Part shown: one piece after another, positions 38,710-48,706 of the stretch
Layout of the letters: every line of letters begins with the position of its first letter
How positions within the stretch are numbered: position 1 is the first letter of the stretch
NCBI GenBank assembly: GCA_035403465.1
Contig: DAONFG010000002.1
Coordinates: forward strand, 123,835-187,834
Direction: 5' to 3'
DNA from: Spirochaetota bacterium
Lineage (GTDB): Bacteria; Spirochaetota; UBA4802; UBA5550
Length of the DNA stretch: 64,000 bases
Made by a program: the position numbers and the translations under genes
Notes under the pieces: generated by a model
Seen by the model: only the letters and a program-made list of their open reading frames with translations
Databases searched by the model: none
Told to the model about the DNA's origin: nothing

Positions 38710-38997
38710 TTAAGGGCGGTCACAAAAACTCCGTTTTTGAGTTCGCAGCGGATAAGGGGACCTGTAATGTCTCGTTATCTCAACAAGCGGGTAAAAAAAC
38801 AACGGTAATGATCCATAGGCAGTAAACATCCACATTGATGCCGGGCACAGGGCATCCTGGTTAACCTTACCTGAAACTGCCTGCTGCAGAAAAGTCATGA
38901 AGACATCCCAGCCGATTCCAATGAATGCAAAAATTATGATACGGAAAACAAGCCCCTGTTTAAACTCTTCAAATGATAAAATTTTTTTCATAGTCAT
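38710..38997 (-). CDS. possible small membrane protein (hypothetical) upstream of speA
   Basis: 95-aa ORF with one clear TM helix (LVFRIIIFAFIGIGWDVFMTFL). The upstream GGGG is a weak SD and no homology was recognised. This may instead be untranslated leader sequence. Confidence 0.25.
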   Translation of the reverse strand: MTMKKILSFEEFKQGLVFRIIIFAFIGIGWDVFMTFLQQAVSGKVNQDALCPASMWMFTAYGSLPLFFYPLVEITRHYRSPYPLRTQKRSFCDRP

Positions 38998-39166
38998 ATC
39001 GACCCCGTCATAAATTTTTTATTCAGTTATAAACCTGCTAAAAGCAGGCAGATTCCACCGGCTGTCCCTGACTATTATATATGATTATTTTATGCGACAT
39101 AATATTTTTTTCTAAACCGGGATCCATATCTGCCGATAAACATAAAAGAGAATAACCGGTTTAGTC

Positions 39167-40102
39167 ATGAATAAATTCAAAGCGGCATATATATCCATAT
39201 TCCTGTCTGCGGCAATAGCCCTGACACTGACTGCTGACGCGTCGGTGACTGCAGGCCGGCTCCAGAGCCTTGTGCTTGACCGCAACCCGGTGCTTAAATC
39301 TATCCGCGATGACGTAAAGCGCACCCTGTACACAGTAAAAAGCAGGCGCCCTGAGTCCGAACTCCCCGAACTTAAATTTTACACATACAGGCTTCAGGGA
39401 AAAGAGAACTTCTGGATAGTCCTCTCAAAATGTTCGCTCGACATGGATACGCTCATGTCAGTGAACAATCTCACATCACCCTACCAGGTGGGGCCGGGAA
39501 CCGTGCTCTACATCCCCAACATGAGGGGAGTTATAGTCCAGGGAAAAGAGAAGGAACTCATAAAAAGGATCCTCCTTGAAGAAAAGATTGAAACCAGGTA
39601 CCTGAAAGCTATAAACAGGACCGCGACCCTTGATAAAAAATTTATTTTTATTCCGTGCGGCAAGGTATCTAAACTTGAAAGGTCTCTTTTCCTCGGCACA
39701 GCTTTCCTGTCTCCGCTGAACGGCGGTAAAAAGACATCTGAATTCGGCACACGTAAAGACCCGTTCAACTCCAAACGAAAAGAATTTCATAAGGGAATCG
39801 ATGTGGCATGCGAACCCGGAACAGGCATCCGTGCATCGCGTAACGGCAGGGTCGTTTTCAGCGGCTGGGAAGAGGGGTATGGCAACCTTGTAATAATTGA
39901 ACACGAGTTCGGATACCAGAGTTATTACGGGCACCTGGGTAAATTTAAAGTCAGGGCGGGTGACGAGGTTACAACAAACCAGGTCATAGCGTTTTCGGGA
40001 AATACGGGAAGATCGACCGGTCCCCACCTTCACTTTGAGATCAGGAAGAACGGGCAGTCGCTCAATCCCGGAACATTTATACGCGGCCAGGGACTCTTAT
40101 AG
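39167..40102 (+). CDS. M23 family peptidoglycan DD-metallopeptidase with LysM-like domain
   Basis: Signal peptide and M23 core HKGIDVACEPGTGIRASRNGRVVFSG…GHLGKF…TGRSTGPHLHFEIRKNG. Confidence 0.85.
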   Translation: MNKFKAAYISIFLSAAIALTLTADASVTAGRLQSLVLDRNPVLKSIRDDVKRTLYTVKSRRPESELPELKFYTYRLQGKENFWIVLSKCSLDMDTLMSVNNLTSPYQVGPGTVLYIPNMRGVIVQGKEKELIKRILLEEKIETRYLKAINRTATLDKKFIFIPCGKVSKLERSLFLGTAFLSPLNGGKKTSEFGTRKDPFNSKRKEFHKGIDVACEPGTGIRASRNGRVVFSGWEEGYGNLVIIEHEFGYQSYYGHLGKFKVRAGDEVTTNQVIAFSGNTGRSTGPHLHFEIRKNGQSLNPGTFIRGQGLL

Positions 40103-41176
40103 GCCTGATTCAATCTCGCGGATAAGTTCCTTCACCGCTTCATTAACAGCAACTGTACGTAAAACTTCACCGCGCGCGAAAAGGACCATCTTCCCGTTCT
40201 GGCCGCCCGCGAGTCCGTAATCGGCCTCTTTCGCCTCGCCCGGACCATTCACCTCGCACCCCATTACTGCAACTGTTATGTGTTTACCCGAAGTCTTCAG
40301 CTTTTCACTGAACCTTGCGGCAAGCTCGGACTCGACCTTCTCCGCGATAGAGAGCAGGTCAATGTCAGCGGCAGTGCGTCCGCATGTGGGGCACGAAATA
40401 ATTTTGAACGGTGTATACCTCAGTTCCAGCGACTCAAGAATTTTTCTTCCGGTAACAGCCTCGTTCACCGGGTTGCCGGTCATTGAAACGCGGATTGTGT
40501 CGCCGATTCCGATGAACAGCAGGTGCCCTATGACAAGCGAGCTCTGCACAATGCATGACAGCCCGTACCCTGCCTCTGTCAGACCGATGTGTATGGGGTA
40601 ACTGCGCGTTTCGGCCATGAGTTTATTGGCATCAATGGTGCTGAATATGTCCGATGATTTTATGGAAACGACTATGTCTTCAAAACCTGCATCCTCAAAT
40701 ATGCGGATATTCTCCATTGCTGAATCCACAAGGCTCTCCGCCGTAACATGCGAATACTTTTTACGGTTGATCGATCCGCCGTTGACGCCTATGCGGATCG
40801 GCACGCCCTTTGCCTTTGCAGCTGCCACAACCTCGCGAACCTTCCATTCTTCTCCTATGTTCCCCGGATTGATGCGGATTTTTGCTGCACCTGCCTCTAT
40901 TGCTGCGATAGCTATGCGGTAATCAAAGTGTATGTCCGCCACCAGCGGTATCTTTACTGCTGATGCGATAGTACGCAGGTGCGCTGCAGATTTTTCATTG
41001 CGGATTGCAAGACGTACAATGTCGACACCGCAGCTTTCCAGTTCATGGATCTGCCTGATGTTCGCCTCTGTATCCTCTATGGGAATATTTGTCATGGACT
41101 GCAGGCTCACAGGGGCGCCTCCTCCGATGAGAAGGTTTCCGGCTTTAACCTGGCGGGTTACTTTCCTGGTAATCAT
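40097..41176 (-). CDS. ispG: 4-hydroxy-3-methylbut-2-en-1-yl diphosphate synthase (flavodoxin)
   Basis: Fe-S cluster motif ISCPTCGRT and the conserved IspG N-terminus RKVTRQVKAGNLLIGGGAPVSLQSMTN. Confidence 0.95.
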   Translation of the reverse strand: MITRKVTRQVKAGNLLIGGGAPVSLQSMTNIPIEDTEANIRQIHELESCGVDIVRLAIRNEKSAAHLRTIASAVKIPLVADIHFDYRIAIAAIEAGAAKIRINPGNIGEEWKVREVVAAAKAKGVPIRIGVNGGSINRKKYSHVTAESLVDSAMENIRIFEDAGFEDIVVSIKSSDIFSTIDANKLMAETRSYPIHIGLTEAGYGLSCIVQSSLVIGHLLFIGIGDTIRVSMTGNPVNEAVTGRKILESLELRYTPFKIISCPTCGRTAADIDLLSIAEKVESELAARFSEKLKTSGKHITVAVMGCEVNGPGEAKEADYGLAGGQNGKMVLFARGEVLRTVAVNEAVKELIREIESGL

Positions 41177-41327
41177 TTATGTTCTCCGGTTACTGTCATT
41201 CCTCAAGGTTTACCCCGGTTACAACAGGGATCAGGCCGGTATGGCAGACTGATAAATATGTTGAATACACCCGGGCAGATAAAAGGTCAATACAATTACA
41301 TGATAATTTTATGTATGCCATTAATCA

Positions 41328-41353
41328 GAAAAAGCGGCATCTGCCGCTTTTTC
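41328..41353. terminator. bidirectional rho-independent terminator (downstream of the minus-strand gene ending at 41374)
   Basis: aaaaagcggcatctgccgcttttt: the stem gcggca/tgccgc with an A-run and a T-run. Confidence 0.55.
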
Positions 41354-41373
41354 TTTCTGCGTAATGTTTAATC

Positions 41374-42198
41374 CTACAGGCTCATTCCGAAAGCAGCCCC
41401 AGCAGCCCAGTCCCTGTTGTCATCAAGAGCGTCTGTTACAATAAGGTCAAGGTTAAACTTGAACTGCTTGTCCCTCATGAGAGCAAATCTAAGGCCTGTG
41501 TTAAAAGCACCTCTCCATTCTGAATTAGCACCGCCCGGCTCTGTACTGTATGAGTAGTTTGCAAAGTCGCTTATCCAGTGTACATAATGCTTGAAAATCG
41601 AAGGGGCAAAGTCGAGGTCGAATCCCATTGAAAAATCGATATTCTCGTCATCGTGTTCGTTGCTGTCATCTCCCCAGAATGTATGACCTATTACTATTGT
41701 TGTTTCTGCGGGCATTGAGAAGAAATCTCCAGGGTATGTAGCAGCAAAATACAGCTGGTAGTCATTTCTCTCTTCATCGACACCATTTATATTCATGAGT
41801 TGGGCATTCCCGCCGATAGCAAGTCCCTCTGTGAACTCCCACTTTGCGTTCAGGATCATGTCATCGGTATCATCATCAGTGCCCCAGTCCGGCTGGTCAT
41901 CATAGGCAAATCCGAATTCAAGGTTGGTCCCGGCTAATCCCAGATGCAGGAGCGCTTTGTAGATTGTATAATCCCCATGATCATAACTGTAATCATTGCC
42001 GTTAACATAATGGGCTGCTACATCAAGGCCTAAGCCTGATCCTTCCCACCCTGTGTGGGACGTAGGTGTTGCAATAAGACCTGTTGCACCGCCAAGGCTC
42101 GGGCTTTTAAAAGCTTCAGCATGCAGAAGTGTAGTGAATGATAGAGTAAATATCACTACTGAAAGCAGCGAAAAAATATTTTTTACTTTAATTCTCAT
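41374..42198 (-). CDS. hypothetical secreted (possibly outer-membrane beta-barrel) Asp-rich protein
   Basis: Signal peptide (LLSVVIFTLSFTTLLHA), alternating-hydrophobic beta-strand pattern and many DxD motifs. No recognised family. Confidence 0.45.
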   Translation of the reverse strand: MRIKVKNIFSLLSVVIFTLSFTTLLHAEAFKSPSLGGATGLIATPTSHTGWEGSGLGLDVAAHYVNGNDYSYDHGDYTIYKALLHLGLAGTNLEFGFAYDDQPDWGTDDDTDDMILNAKWEFTEGLAIGGNAQLMNINGVDEERNDYQLYFAATYPGDFFSMPAETTIVIGHTFWGDDSNEHDDENIDFSMGFDLDFAPSIFKHYVHWISDFANYSYSTEPGGANSEWRGAFNTGLRFALMRDKQFKFNLDLIVTDALDDNRDWAAGAAFGMSL

Positions 42199-42446
42199 TG
42201 AATATATCCTCCATAATAAATTTATCTTAATAGTAATGTCTCGTATCGATTATGCAAGTAAATTTTAAGTTTTTTGACTAACGGATTACTGTTCATCTCT
42301 CCTTGCAAAACATATTCAGGGAAAAAACCGGCCTGTATTCCAGTTTCTCCCGGGGCTGAAAGATTTTTTTGAACTGTATATAAAAGAGTTGTTCATCCCC
42401 GGACAGGTTATTATGTTTAACATCATATCGTTTAACCGGGGGATTT

Positions 42447-43817
42447 ATGAAATTTATTAGGCCGCTTGTTTATACAATTATTATTATCGCTATTGTTTCC
42501 ATTTTCACAATACAGGGATTCACGGAAACAGATCAAAACCGGTTGGGAACGATATCCTCAGTGGACAATGTTAAAAAAGAGATCTTTGTAAAAAAAGATA
42601 AGCCCGGGAGCGAGGTAATTACCGGCGCTAAATTTTATGCCCGGATAGACGGAAAAGTTGTAATGCTTGAAGCAGTAAATCCAATGTTTGCACAGGTTAA
42701 GTGCAGGGCAGTGAACGCATCGGATTTCACCGCGTTCAAAAATGACATGAAAATCTACCTGTACACCAGCGATATCAAAGACGAAAATTTAACTCTTACC
42801 GATGCGGAACTTGCGGAGAAGGAAAAGTCATTCCTCACAGCTGCGCAGAAAGGAGATACGGCCCGGGTCCGTTACTTCATACAGGCCGGGGTTAAAATCA
42901 ACGCAACCACTGGTGAATTCGCGCCGGACCTTTTCACTGGATACAATTCACAGGAATCATCATACTTTACGGCTCTCCACCTTGCAGCAGTATGGAACAG
43001 GGCTGACATCGTTGAGCTTCTGCTCAATGCCGGTGCAGACCATACAACTGGCTATTACACCGCATACAGTTATGCGCTTAGCTGCAACAACCTTGACTGC
43101 GCAAGGATTTTCATACGCCGCAATGCAGATAAAGGCGCCGACGGTATTACGCCTTTAGTAAGGGCTGTCATCATCGATGATAAGGCGGCGGTAAAAAAAC
43201 TTCTGGCAGATGGTTCCGATGTTAACGAAAGGTCCTACGTAAACAGGACCGCGCTGATGTTTGCCGTTACCGGCGAGATGGCAACTATACTCATTGCCGC
43301 CGGCGCAGACCCGAACCTTGTGGATACATTCAACAGCAGCGCACTCTGGAACATGTCAAACAGCGGATATATTGAACCTGTAAAGGTGATACTTGGAAAA
43401 TTCCACGGCAGGGGCCTTGAAGTTGACAACCACGGTTCATACGGCGACACGCCGCTTATGCGCGCTGCAATGATGGGCTACACAGACATGGTTAAACTGC
43501 TGTTCTCCAAAGGTGCCGATATAAATGCTGTAAACGAGTACGGGTCAACGGCTCTTATTCTTTCAGCAGCCGAGGGCCATACCGATGTTGTCAGCTTCCT
43601 GCTGCAGAACGGTGCAGGCGTTAATGCGTCAAATACCAACGGCGATACTGCCCTGATACAGGCGGCGTACAACGGGCAGAAAAAAGTTGTCGAAATTCTT
43701 TTAGAATCAGGTGCAGATGCCGGCATAGCCGCCAGTGACGGTAAAACTGCCGTTGACCTTGCGCAAGAGAAGGGTTACACCGAGATTGCCGATATGATCA
43801 GGGCAAAAACAAAGTAG
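42447..43817 (+). CDS. ankyrin-repeat protein with N-terminal signal/anchor
   Basis: N-terminal TM helix (LVYTIIIIAIVSIFTI). It has at least six ankyrin repeats (TALHLAAVWNRADIVELLLNAGAD; GDTPLMRAAMMGYTDMVKLLFSKGADINAVNEYGSTALILSAAEGHTDVVSFLLQNGA…). Confidence 0.85.
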   Translation: MKFIRPLVYTIIIIAIVSIFTIQGFTETDQNRLGTISSVDNVKKEIFVKKDKPGSEVITGAKFYARIDGKVVMLEAVNPMFAQVKCRAVNASDFTAFKNDMKIYLYTSDIKDENLTLTDAELAEKEKSFLTAAQKGDTARVRYFIQAGVKINATTGEFAPDLFTGYNSQESSYFTALHLAAVWNRADIVELLLNAGADHTTGYYTAYSYALSCNNLDCARIFIRRNADKGADGITPLVRAVIIDDKAAVKKLLADGSDVNERSYVNRTALMFAVTGEMATILIAAGADPNLVDTFNSSALWNMSNSGYIEPVKVILGKFHGRGLEVDNHGSYGDTPLMRAAMMGYTDMVKLLFSKGADINAVNEYGSTALILSAAEGHTDVVSFLLQNGAGVNASNTNGDTALIQAAYNGQKKVVEILLESGADAGIAASDGKTAVDLAQEKGYTEIADMIRAKTK

Positions 43818-44176
43818 AGGGCACATCTTTTCGCGGGCGGGATAAAATTTATCTCATAACTACACATCAGGCGATTCCTGTTTATTCGGGGATGTTAACT
43901 CTGCCTTTTTTCCAGGAGCTTAATAATATCACGAATTTTCATAACTAAGGATTATAAATTCTTCTGCATGTTTCAGAAATTAAATAATATACAGATGTAT
44001 CGCTGTTATTTGCTATGGCGTATATTCATTTTAAATTCCATACAAAATCCTCACTCCTTGAAATTTCCCGTAATTATTGTACCTTGAATTAATGCGTTTT
44101 TTAGACAGTTAAAATCCTTGATTAATATGCACAGTGTTGTTTATTAGCCTTTTTATGCAACCTTGGAGAAGTTTTA

Positions 44177-46594
44177 ATGGAAATAGATGACATCATGACC
44201 GACGGGAGCGAATTCTCGATCGACGCCGAAATCCTTGAGAGTGACCTGGTCAATATTGACCACGTGCTCCCTGACCAGATATACCTTATACCCATACGGT
44301 ACAGACCCATATTCCCCGGTATTGTGACCCCGCTTATTATTTCCCAGGGCAGGTTCACAAAGGTGATAGACAAGGTTCTTAACGATTCAAGGACCATTGG
44401 CCTTGTGCTTATCAGGGATGACGATAAGGGCGAGATTGATTTTGACGACCTCTACACTTACGGCACAGCAGCCCGTGTTCTTAAGAAAATAAATCTCCCT
44501 GACGGCGGTGTCAACGTGCTCATCAACAGCGTCCGCAGGTTCAGGATTATCAAGCCGATTGAAAGAAAAAAATTTCTCATGGCCGAGGTCCAGTACCTGA
44601 ACGACAACCTCGGCAAGAAAAACAGGCTTGAGATCAAGGCACTTACGCGCGAGGTTCTTTCGCAGCTGAAACTGCTTTCAGACAACAACCCGCTCTTTAC
44701 AGAAGAGATGAAGCTCACAATGCTCAATGTCGAGGAACCGGGAAAGATCGCGGACTTTGTGACCTCGATACTCAACATTGACAAGAAAGACTATCAGGAC
44801 GTGCTTGAAACGCTCGACGTCCGCCTGCGGCTTGTGCGCGTGCTGCACCTGCTCCACAAGGAGATGGAGGTGATGAACGTGCAGAAAAAGATCCAGCACC
44901 AGATAAGCGACAAGGTCGACAGGCAGCAGCGCGATTATTTCCTGCGCGAACAGCTCAAGGCGATCAAGACCGAGCTGGGCATAGAGGATGACGAACGCAG
45001 CGTCGAAGGCAAAGAGATGAGAAAGAAGGTCGAAGACCTTAAACTCAAGGGTGAAGTCAAGGACAAACTGAATGAAGAGATCGACAGGTTCATGTACATG
45101 GAGCCCGCGTCATCAGAATACTCCGTAACAAAAAATTATATCGACACCGTACTCTCGCTGCCCTGGAATACCGCCACGACAGATTCAATTGACCTTGACC
45201 GCGCCGAGAAGATCCTCAACAGGGACCACTACGGCCTCGAGGATGTCAAGAAACGCATACTCGAATTTATCGCGCTGCGCAAGATCAAGCCCGACGCACG
45301 CGGATCGATCATATGCCTGGTAGGGCCTCCCGGCGTGGGCAAAACCTCTCTCGGCAAATCGATCGCTGCCGCACTTAACAGGAAGTTTTTCCGCATATCC
45401 CTCGGAGGCATGCGTGACGAAGCCGAAATCAAGGGCCACCGTAAGACATACATCGGAGCAATGCCCGGCAAAATCATACAGGGCCTCAGGGTCACCAAAA
45501 CAAATAACCCTGTTTTCATGCTGGACGAAATAGACAAGATGGGTCAAAGCTTCCAGGGCGATCCGGCATCTGCCCTGCTCGAGGTGCTTGACCCTGAACA
45601 GAACGTGGAATTCCGCGACTACTACCTTGACCTGCCGTTCAACCTGTCCGACGTGCTTTTCATCACGACCGCGAACACGCTCGACACCATCCCGCCGGTG
45701 CTTGCCGACAGGATGGAAATAATAAGGCTTTCCGGCTACATAGCAATGGAAAAGTACGAAATTGCGCGCAGGTATCTTCTGCCCAAACAGCTAAAGGCCC
45801 ACGGCCTCGAGAAGAACAGCGTCAGACTGGACAAGGCCGGCTACATGATGATAATAAGCGGCTGGGCGCGCGAGGCTGGTGTGCGCAACCTTGAACGCAA
45901 CATAGAAAGCATATGCCGCAAGACAGCAACCCTTGTTGCCAGGAATAAAAAAATCCCGGATAAAACACTTACCGAAAAACAGATAAGGGACTACCTGGGG
46001 ATAGAACTCTTCACTGAAGAGGAAAAACTTGTAATAACCAAACCCGGCATAGTGACCGGACTTGCCTGGACATCTCTTGGCGGAGCAACGCTTTCTATCG
46101 AATCCATTGCAGTCAAGGTTAAGACCGGCGCAGGCCTGAAGCTTACGGGACAGCTGGGCGAAGTCATGACCGAATCCGCGAACATTGCCTATACTTACAT
46201 CAACCACCTGCTCCAGGATGACGAAAAGGCACGGAACATGTTCGAAAACCTGATGATACATGTACATGTACCTGCCGGCGCCACACCCAAGGACGGCCCT
46301 TCTGCAGGCGTGACCATGGCCTCTTCGATCTATTCCATGATAAAGGGCAAAAAGGCTCCGAACGACCTTGCAATGACAGGGGAGCTTACCCTTTCAGGGA
46401 AAGTTCTTCCGGTGGGCGGAATCAAGGAAAAGGTGATAGCGGCAAAAAGGGTGAATGTGAAACACATAATTCTCCCCATGGACAATAAAAAAGACCTGGA
46501 AGAAATCCCCGCATATGTAAAAAAAGGGCTGACTTTTCATTTCGTTAGTGATATAATAGAAGTACTCGATATATGTTTTAATAAAAAGAGATGA
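44177..46594 (+). CDS. lon: ATP-dependent endopeptidase La (Lon protease)
   Basis: Lon N-domain, AAA+ Walker A GPPGVGKTS, and the protease Ser-Lys dyad region PKDGPSAGVTMASSIYS. Confidence 0.95.
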   Translation: MEIDDIMTDGSEFSIDAEILESDLVNIDHVLPDQIYLIPIRYRPIFPGIVTPLIISQGRFTKVIDKVLNDSRTIGLVLIRDDDKGEIDFDDLYTYGTAARVLKKINLPDGGVNVLINSVRRFRIIKPIERKKFLMAEVQYLNDNLGKKNRLEIKALTREVLSQLKLLSDNNPLFTEEMKLTMLNVEEPGKIADFVTSILNIDKKDYQDVLETLDVRLRLVRVLHLLHKEMEVMNVQKKIQHQISDKVDRQQRDYFLREQLKAIKTELGIEDDERSVEGKEMRKKVEDLKLKGEVKDKLNEEIDRFMYMEPASSEYSVTKNYIDTVLSLPWNTATTDSIDLDRAEKILNRDHYGLEDVKKRILEFIALRKIKPDARGSIICLVGPPGVGKTSLGKSIAAALNRKFFRISLGGMRDEAEIKGHRKTYIGAMPGKIIQGLRVTKTNNPVFMLDEIDKMGQSFQGDPASALLEVLDPEQNVEFRDYYLDLPFNLSDVLFITTANTLDTIPPVLADRMEIIRLSGYIAMEKYEIARRYLLPKQLKAHGLEKNSVRLDKAGYMMIISGWAREAGVRNLERNIESICRKTATLVARNKKIPDKTLTEKQIRDYLGIELFTEEEKLVITKPGIVTGLAWTSLGGATLSIESIAVKVKTGAGLKLTGQLGEVMTESANIAYTYINHLLQDDEKARNMFENLMIHVHVPAGATPKDGPSAGVTMASSIYSMIKGKKAPNDLAMTGELTLSGKVLPVGGIKEKVIAAKRVNVKHIILPMDNKKDLEEIPAYVKKGLTFHFVSDIIEVLDICFNKKR

Positions 46595-46612
46595 AAGGAG
46601 GATTGAAAAGCT

Positions 46613-47284
46613 ATGGAATATTTCAATCTGATGGAACTTGTAGTCAGGGACACTGTGGATGAAATCCTCGGCAGGGATGAATCTCTTAAAAGCATTAAAT
46701 TCCAGAGAAATGATATTATCGCATACGTACTGAACAGGATCGCCCCGAAGTATGTCACAAGCGAAAGGGGGATCATCCACACCCGCATCGAAAACAGGAT
46801 AAAATTCCAGGAGCATTCAGACATACTCTTCCTTGCATATGAGGCTATAGATCTTTTCCTCAAAAGACGCGGTTCAGAAACAGGTGCCGCACATCCTGTT
46901 GACACCAGGACAAACCTGCTCCCCTACCTTATAGGAGAAGTCCTTGAAGAGACAACACTTTCAATAATACCCGGCCTCAGGGTATCGCTCCTGCATGGCG
47001 AGTCTGACGCTAAACTGATGGAGGACGGCTGGAAAAATCCTTACGAAATTACAAAGGCTACAAGGGGATACTATCATTTCTGGCCCGAATTTGACGGTGC
47101 AGTAATGTCCGGCAAGGATATGGTTGAATTTAAAATAGTATTTTCACACGAGAAGGTCCAGGAGAGAACAATATCCGTTTCGGTTAAACCTAACACTCAC
47201 AATGAAACCGGCAAGGCTGTATCAGTGCCGCTGGTGCTTCTTAAACTAAACGAGGGGATAACTTCAGATTTTCTGTGCAGCTGA
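46613..47284 (+). CDS. ComFB-domain (late competence development protein-like) protein with C-terminal extension
   Basis: The N-terminal ~90 aa (NLMELVVRDTVDEILGRDE…RNDIIAYVLNRIAPKYVTSERGIIHTRIE) align with B. subtilis ComFB (NAMEELVKDVLDEVL…RADILALTLNKVPPKYVTTEKGELYTKL). The ComFB Cys cluster is not conserved here. Confidence 0.6.
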   Translation: MEYFNLMELVVRDTVDEILGRDESLKSIKFQRNDIIAYVLNRIAPKYVTSERGIIHTRIENRIKFQEHSDILFLAYEAIDLFLKRRGSETGAAHPVDTRTNLLPYLIGEVLEETTLSIIPGLRVSLLHGESDAKLMEDGWKNPYEITKATRGYYHFWPEFDGAVMSGKDMVEFKIVFSHEKVQERTISVSVKPNTHNETGKAVSVPLVLLKLNEGITSDFLCS

Positions 47285-47299
47285 TCAGCTGTTTTTTTT
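47278..47299 (+). terminator. palindrome cagctgatcagctg followed by T8, a terminator for the ComFB-like gene that overlaps the tadA 3' end
   Basis: A perfect 14-bp palindrome followed by eight T residues. Confidence 0.45.
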
Positions 47300-47749
47300 C
47301 AGGGCCCTTCTGCCCTGAAAAAATTCACGCAGCATGGACGAGCTCCTTTCCTTCATCATTCCAAAACTTATTTCCGGTACATGGTTCATCCTGATGTTGC
47401 CGCACACATCAAAGACCGTACCGCACGCGCCGTATTTAACATCCTCCGCGCCGATCACAACACGCACAATCCTTGAATGAACTATTGCTCCAGCGCACAT
47501 TGCGCACGGTTCTTTTGTTACATATAACACGCAGCCCGTAAGCCGCTCATTCTGCAAAAAAGCTGCAGCCTCCCTTATGGCAATAACCTCGGCATGCATG
47601 GTAGGGTCATTCAGTTCCCTGTTGCGGTTGCTGCCGCGGCCTATAACCGCCCCGTCCTGTGCTACAACCGCTCCCACGGGGATCTCGCCTCTCCTGAACG
47701 CATCAGCTGCAAGCAAGAGCGCAATCTCCATGAGCTCTTCATCATTCAC
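47285..47749 (-). CDS. tadA: tRNA adenosine(34) deaminase
   Basis: CDA zinc motifs HAEVIAIREA and PCAMCAGAI. Confidence 0.9.
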   Translation of the reverse strand: MNDEELMEIALLLAADAFRRGEIPVGAVVAQDGAVIGRGSNRNRELNDPTMHAEVIAIREAAAFLQNERLTGCVLYVTKEPCAMCAGAIVHSRIVRVVIGAEDVKYGACGTVFDVCGNIRMNHVPEISFGMMKERSSSMLREFFQGRRALKKNS

Positions 47750-47750
47750 T

Positions 47751-48341
47751 CTATGCTCCGGCCTTGATTATTATATCGCGAAGTTTTCTTTTGGGCACAT
47801 GGTGGATATGGTGTTTATCCCTGAAGTATTTAATATCATCTTCGGGAGTGATTTCATCAATAACTACATGCTCCTTGGGGTAGCCAAGGGCGATGACAAG
47901 CTCAATCACGTACCTTCCGGTTATACGGAGGGAGTCTGCCAGCGACTCCCTGTCAACAGATCCGATTATGCAGCCCCCCATATTTTTGGACGCAGCGGCA
48001 AGCAGAATGGTCTGGGCTGCGATGCCATGGTCCCACTTAACATTTTTGGAAACCAGGGCATCGGACAGTATGACTATATACGCTGATGGTCTTTCACCCT
48101 CATCTGGACCGTTCCAGTCTTTCAGGTATGCCGCCCACCTGCAGTGGGGGAAAACCTTCACCTTATCTTTATCTGTAACAATTATATACCTTAGTGGCTG
48201 AAGGTTCTGGGCAGAGGGAGTCATCCTTGCGCAGTCAACCATGTATTCGAGTTCTTCAACAGTAATTACTTTATTTTCGTAGAAACGCCTGTAGCTCCTG
48301 CTCCTCTTGACTATGTCTCGAAAATCCTCCATATTCATCAC
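47751..48341 (-). CDS. nitroreductase-family protein
   Basis: Nitroreductase fold signature (SYRRFYENKVITVEELEYMVDCARMTPSAQNLQPLRYIIV). Confidence 0.8.
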   Translation of the reverse strand: MMNMEDFRDIVKRSRSYRRFYENKVITVEELEYMVDCARMTPSAQNLQPLRYIIVTDKDKVKVFPHCRWAAYLKDWNGPDEGERPSAYIVILSDALVSKNVKWDHGIAAQTILLAAASKNMGGCIIGSVDRESLADSLRITGRYVIELVIALGYPKEHVVIDEITPEDDIKYFRDKHHIHHVPKRKLRDIIIKAGA

Positions 48342-48706
48342 CTCTCCAGTGTTGTATATTTCTATTCTTTCCGGGCAAAGCGGCTTCTGTATAAAACAAG
48401 TGAAATGATACCGGGCTTTACGGGAATATCTGCATTATATAGTGAAAACCGAATTTAAGGGAACTGTATAAATATTTATATGCCGGATAAAAAACTGTCA
48501 ATAAGTTTAACAAAGTAACAGTAAAAACAGTTAATATTCAATAATAATGCCGGAATATACATGTTGTTACTGTATCTCTATCAGCATTCAGCCTCAAATT
48601 ACGGAAGTATCCACTTAAACTGTTTATTCAGAACAAATTATGTGCAGTCGGGCAGGTCACACATTACGATCATTCAATTCTTTGATTGAATAAAATTCCG
48701 GGAGGA

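Noticed and set aside
38583-39166. Long leader upstream of speA as a possible riboswitch or attenuator
   Set aside because: No recognisable riboswitch consensus (SAM, TPP, lysine, glycine, c-di-GMP and so on) could be identified by eye. Only a low-confidence small-ORF call was made.
41195-41215. tgtcattcctc segment resembling one MITE terminal repeat
   Set aside because: It matches only 9 of 11 TIR positions and no inverted partner was found nearby. It is likely chance similarity or a degraded solo end.
48342-48706. AT-rich 365-bp intergenic region with the hairpin ttcaattctttgattgaa
   Set aside because: The hairpin lacks a convincing T-run on either strand. The region is most simply the nitroreductase promoter plus the histidine-kinase 3' UTR.
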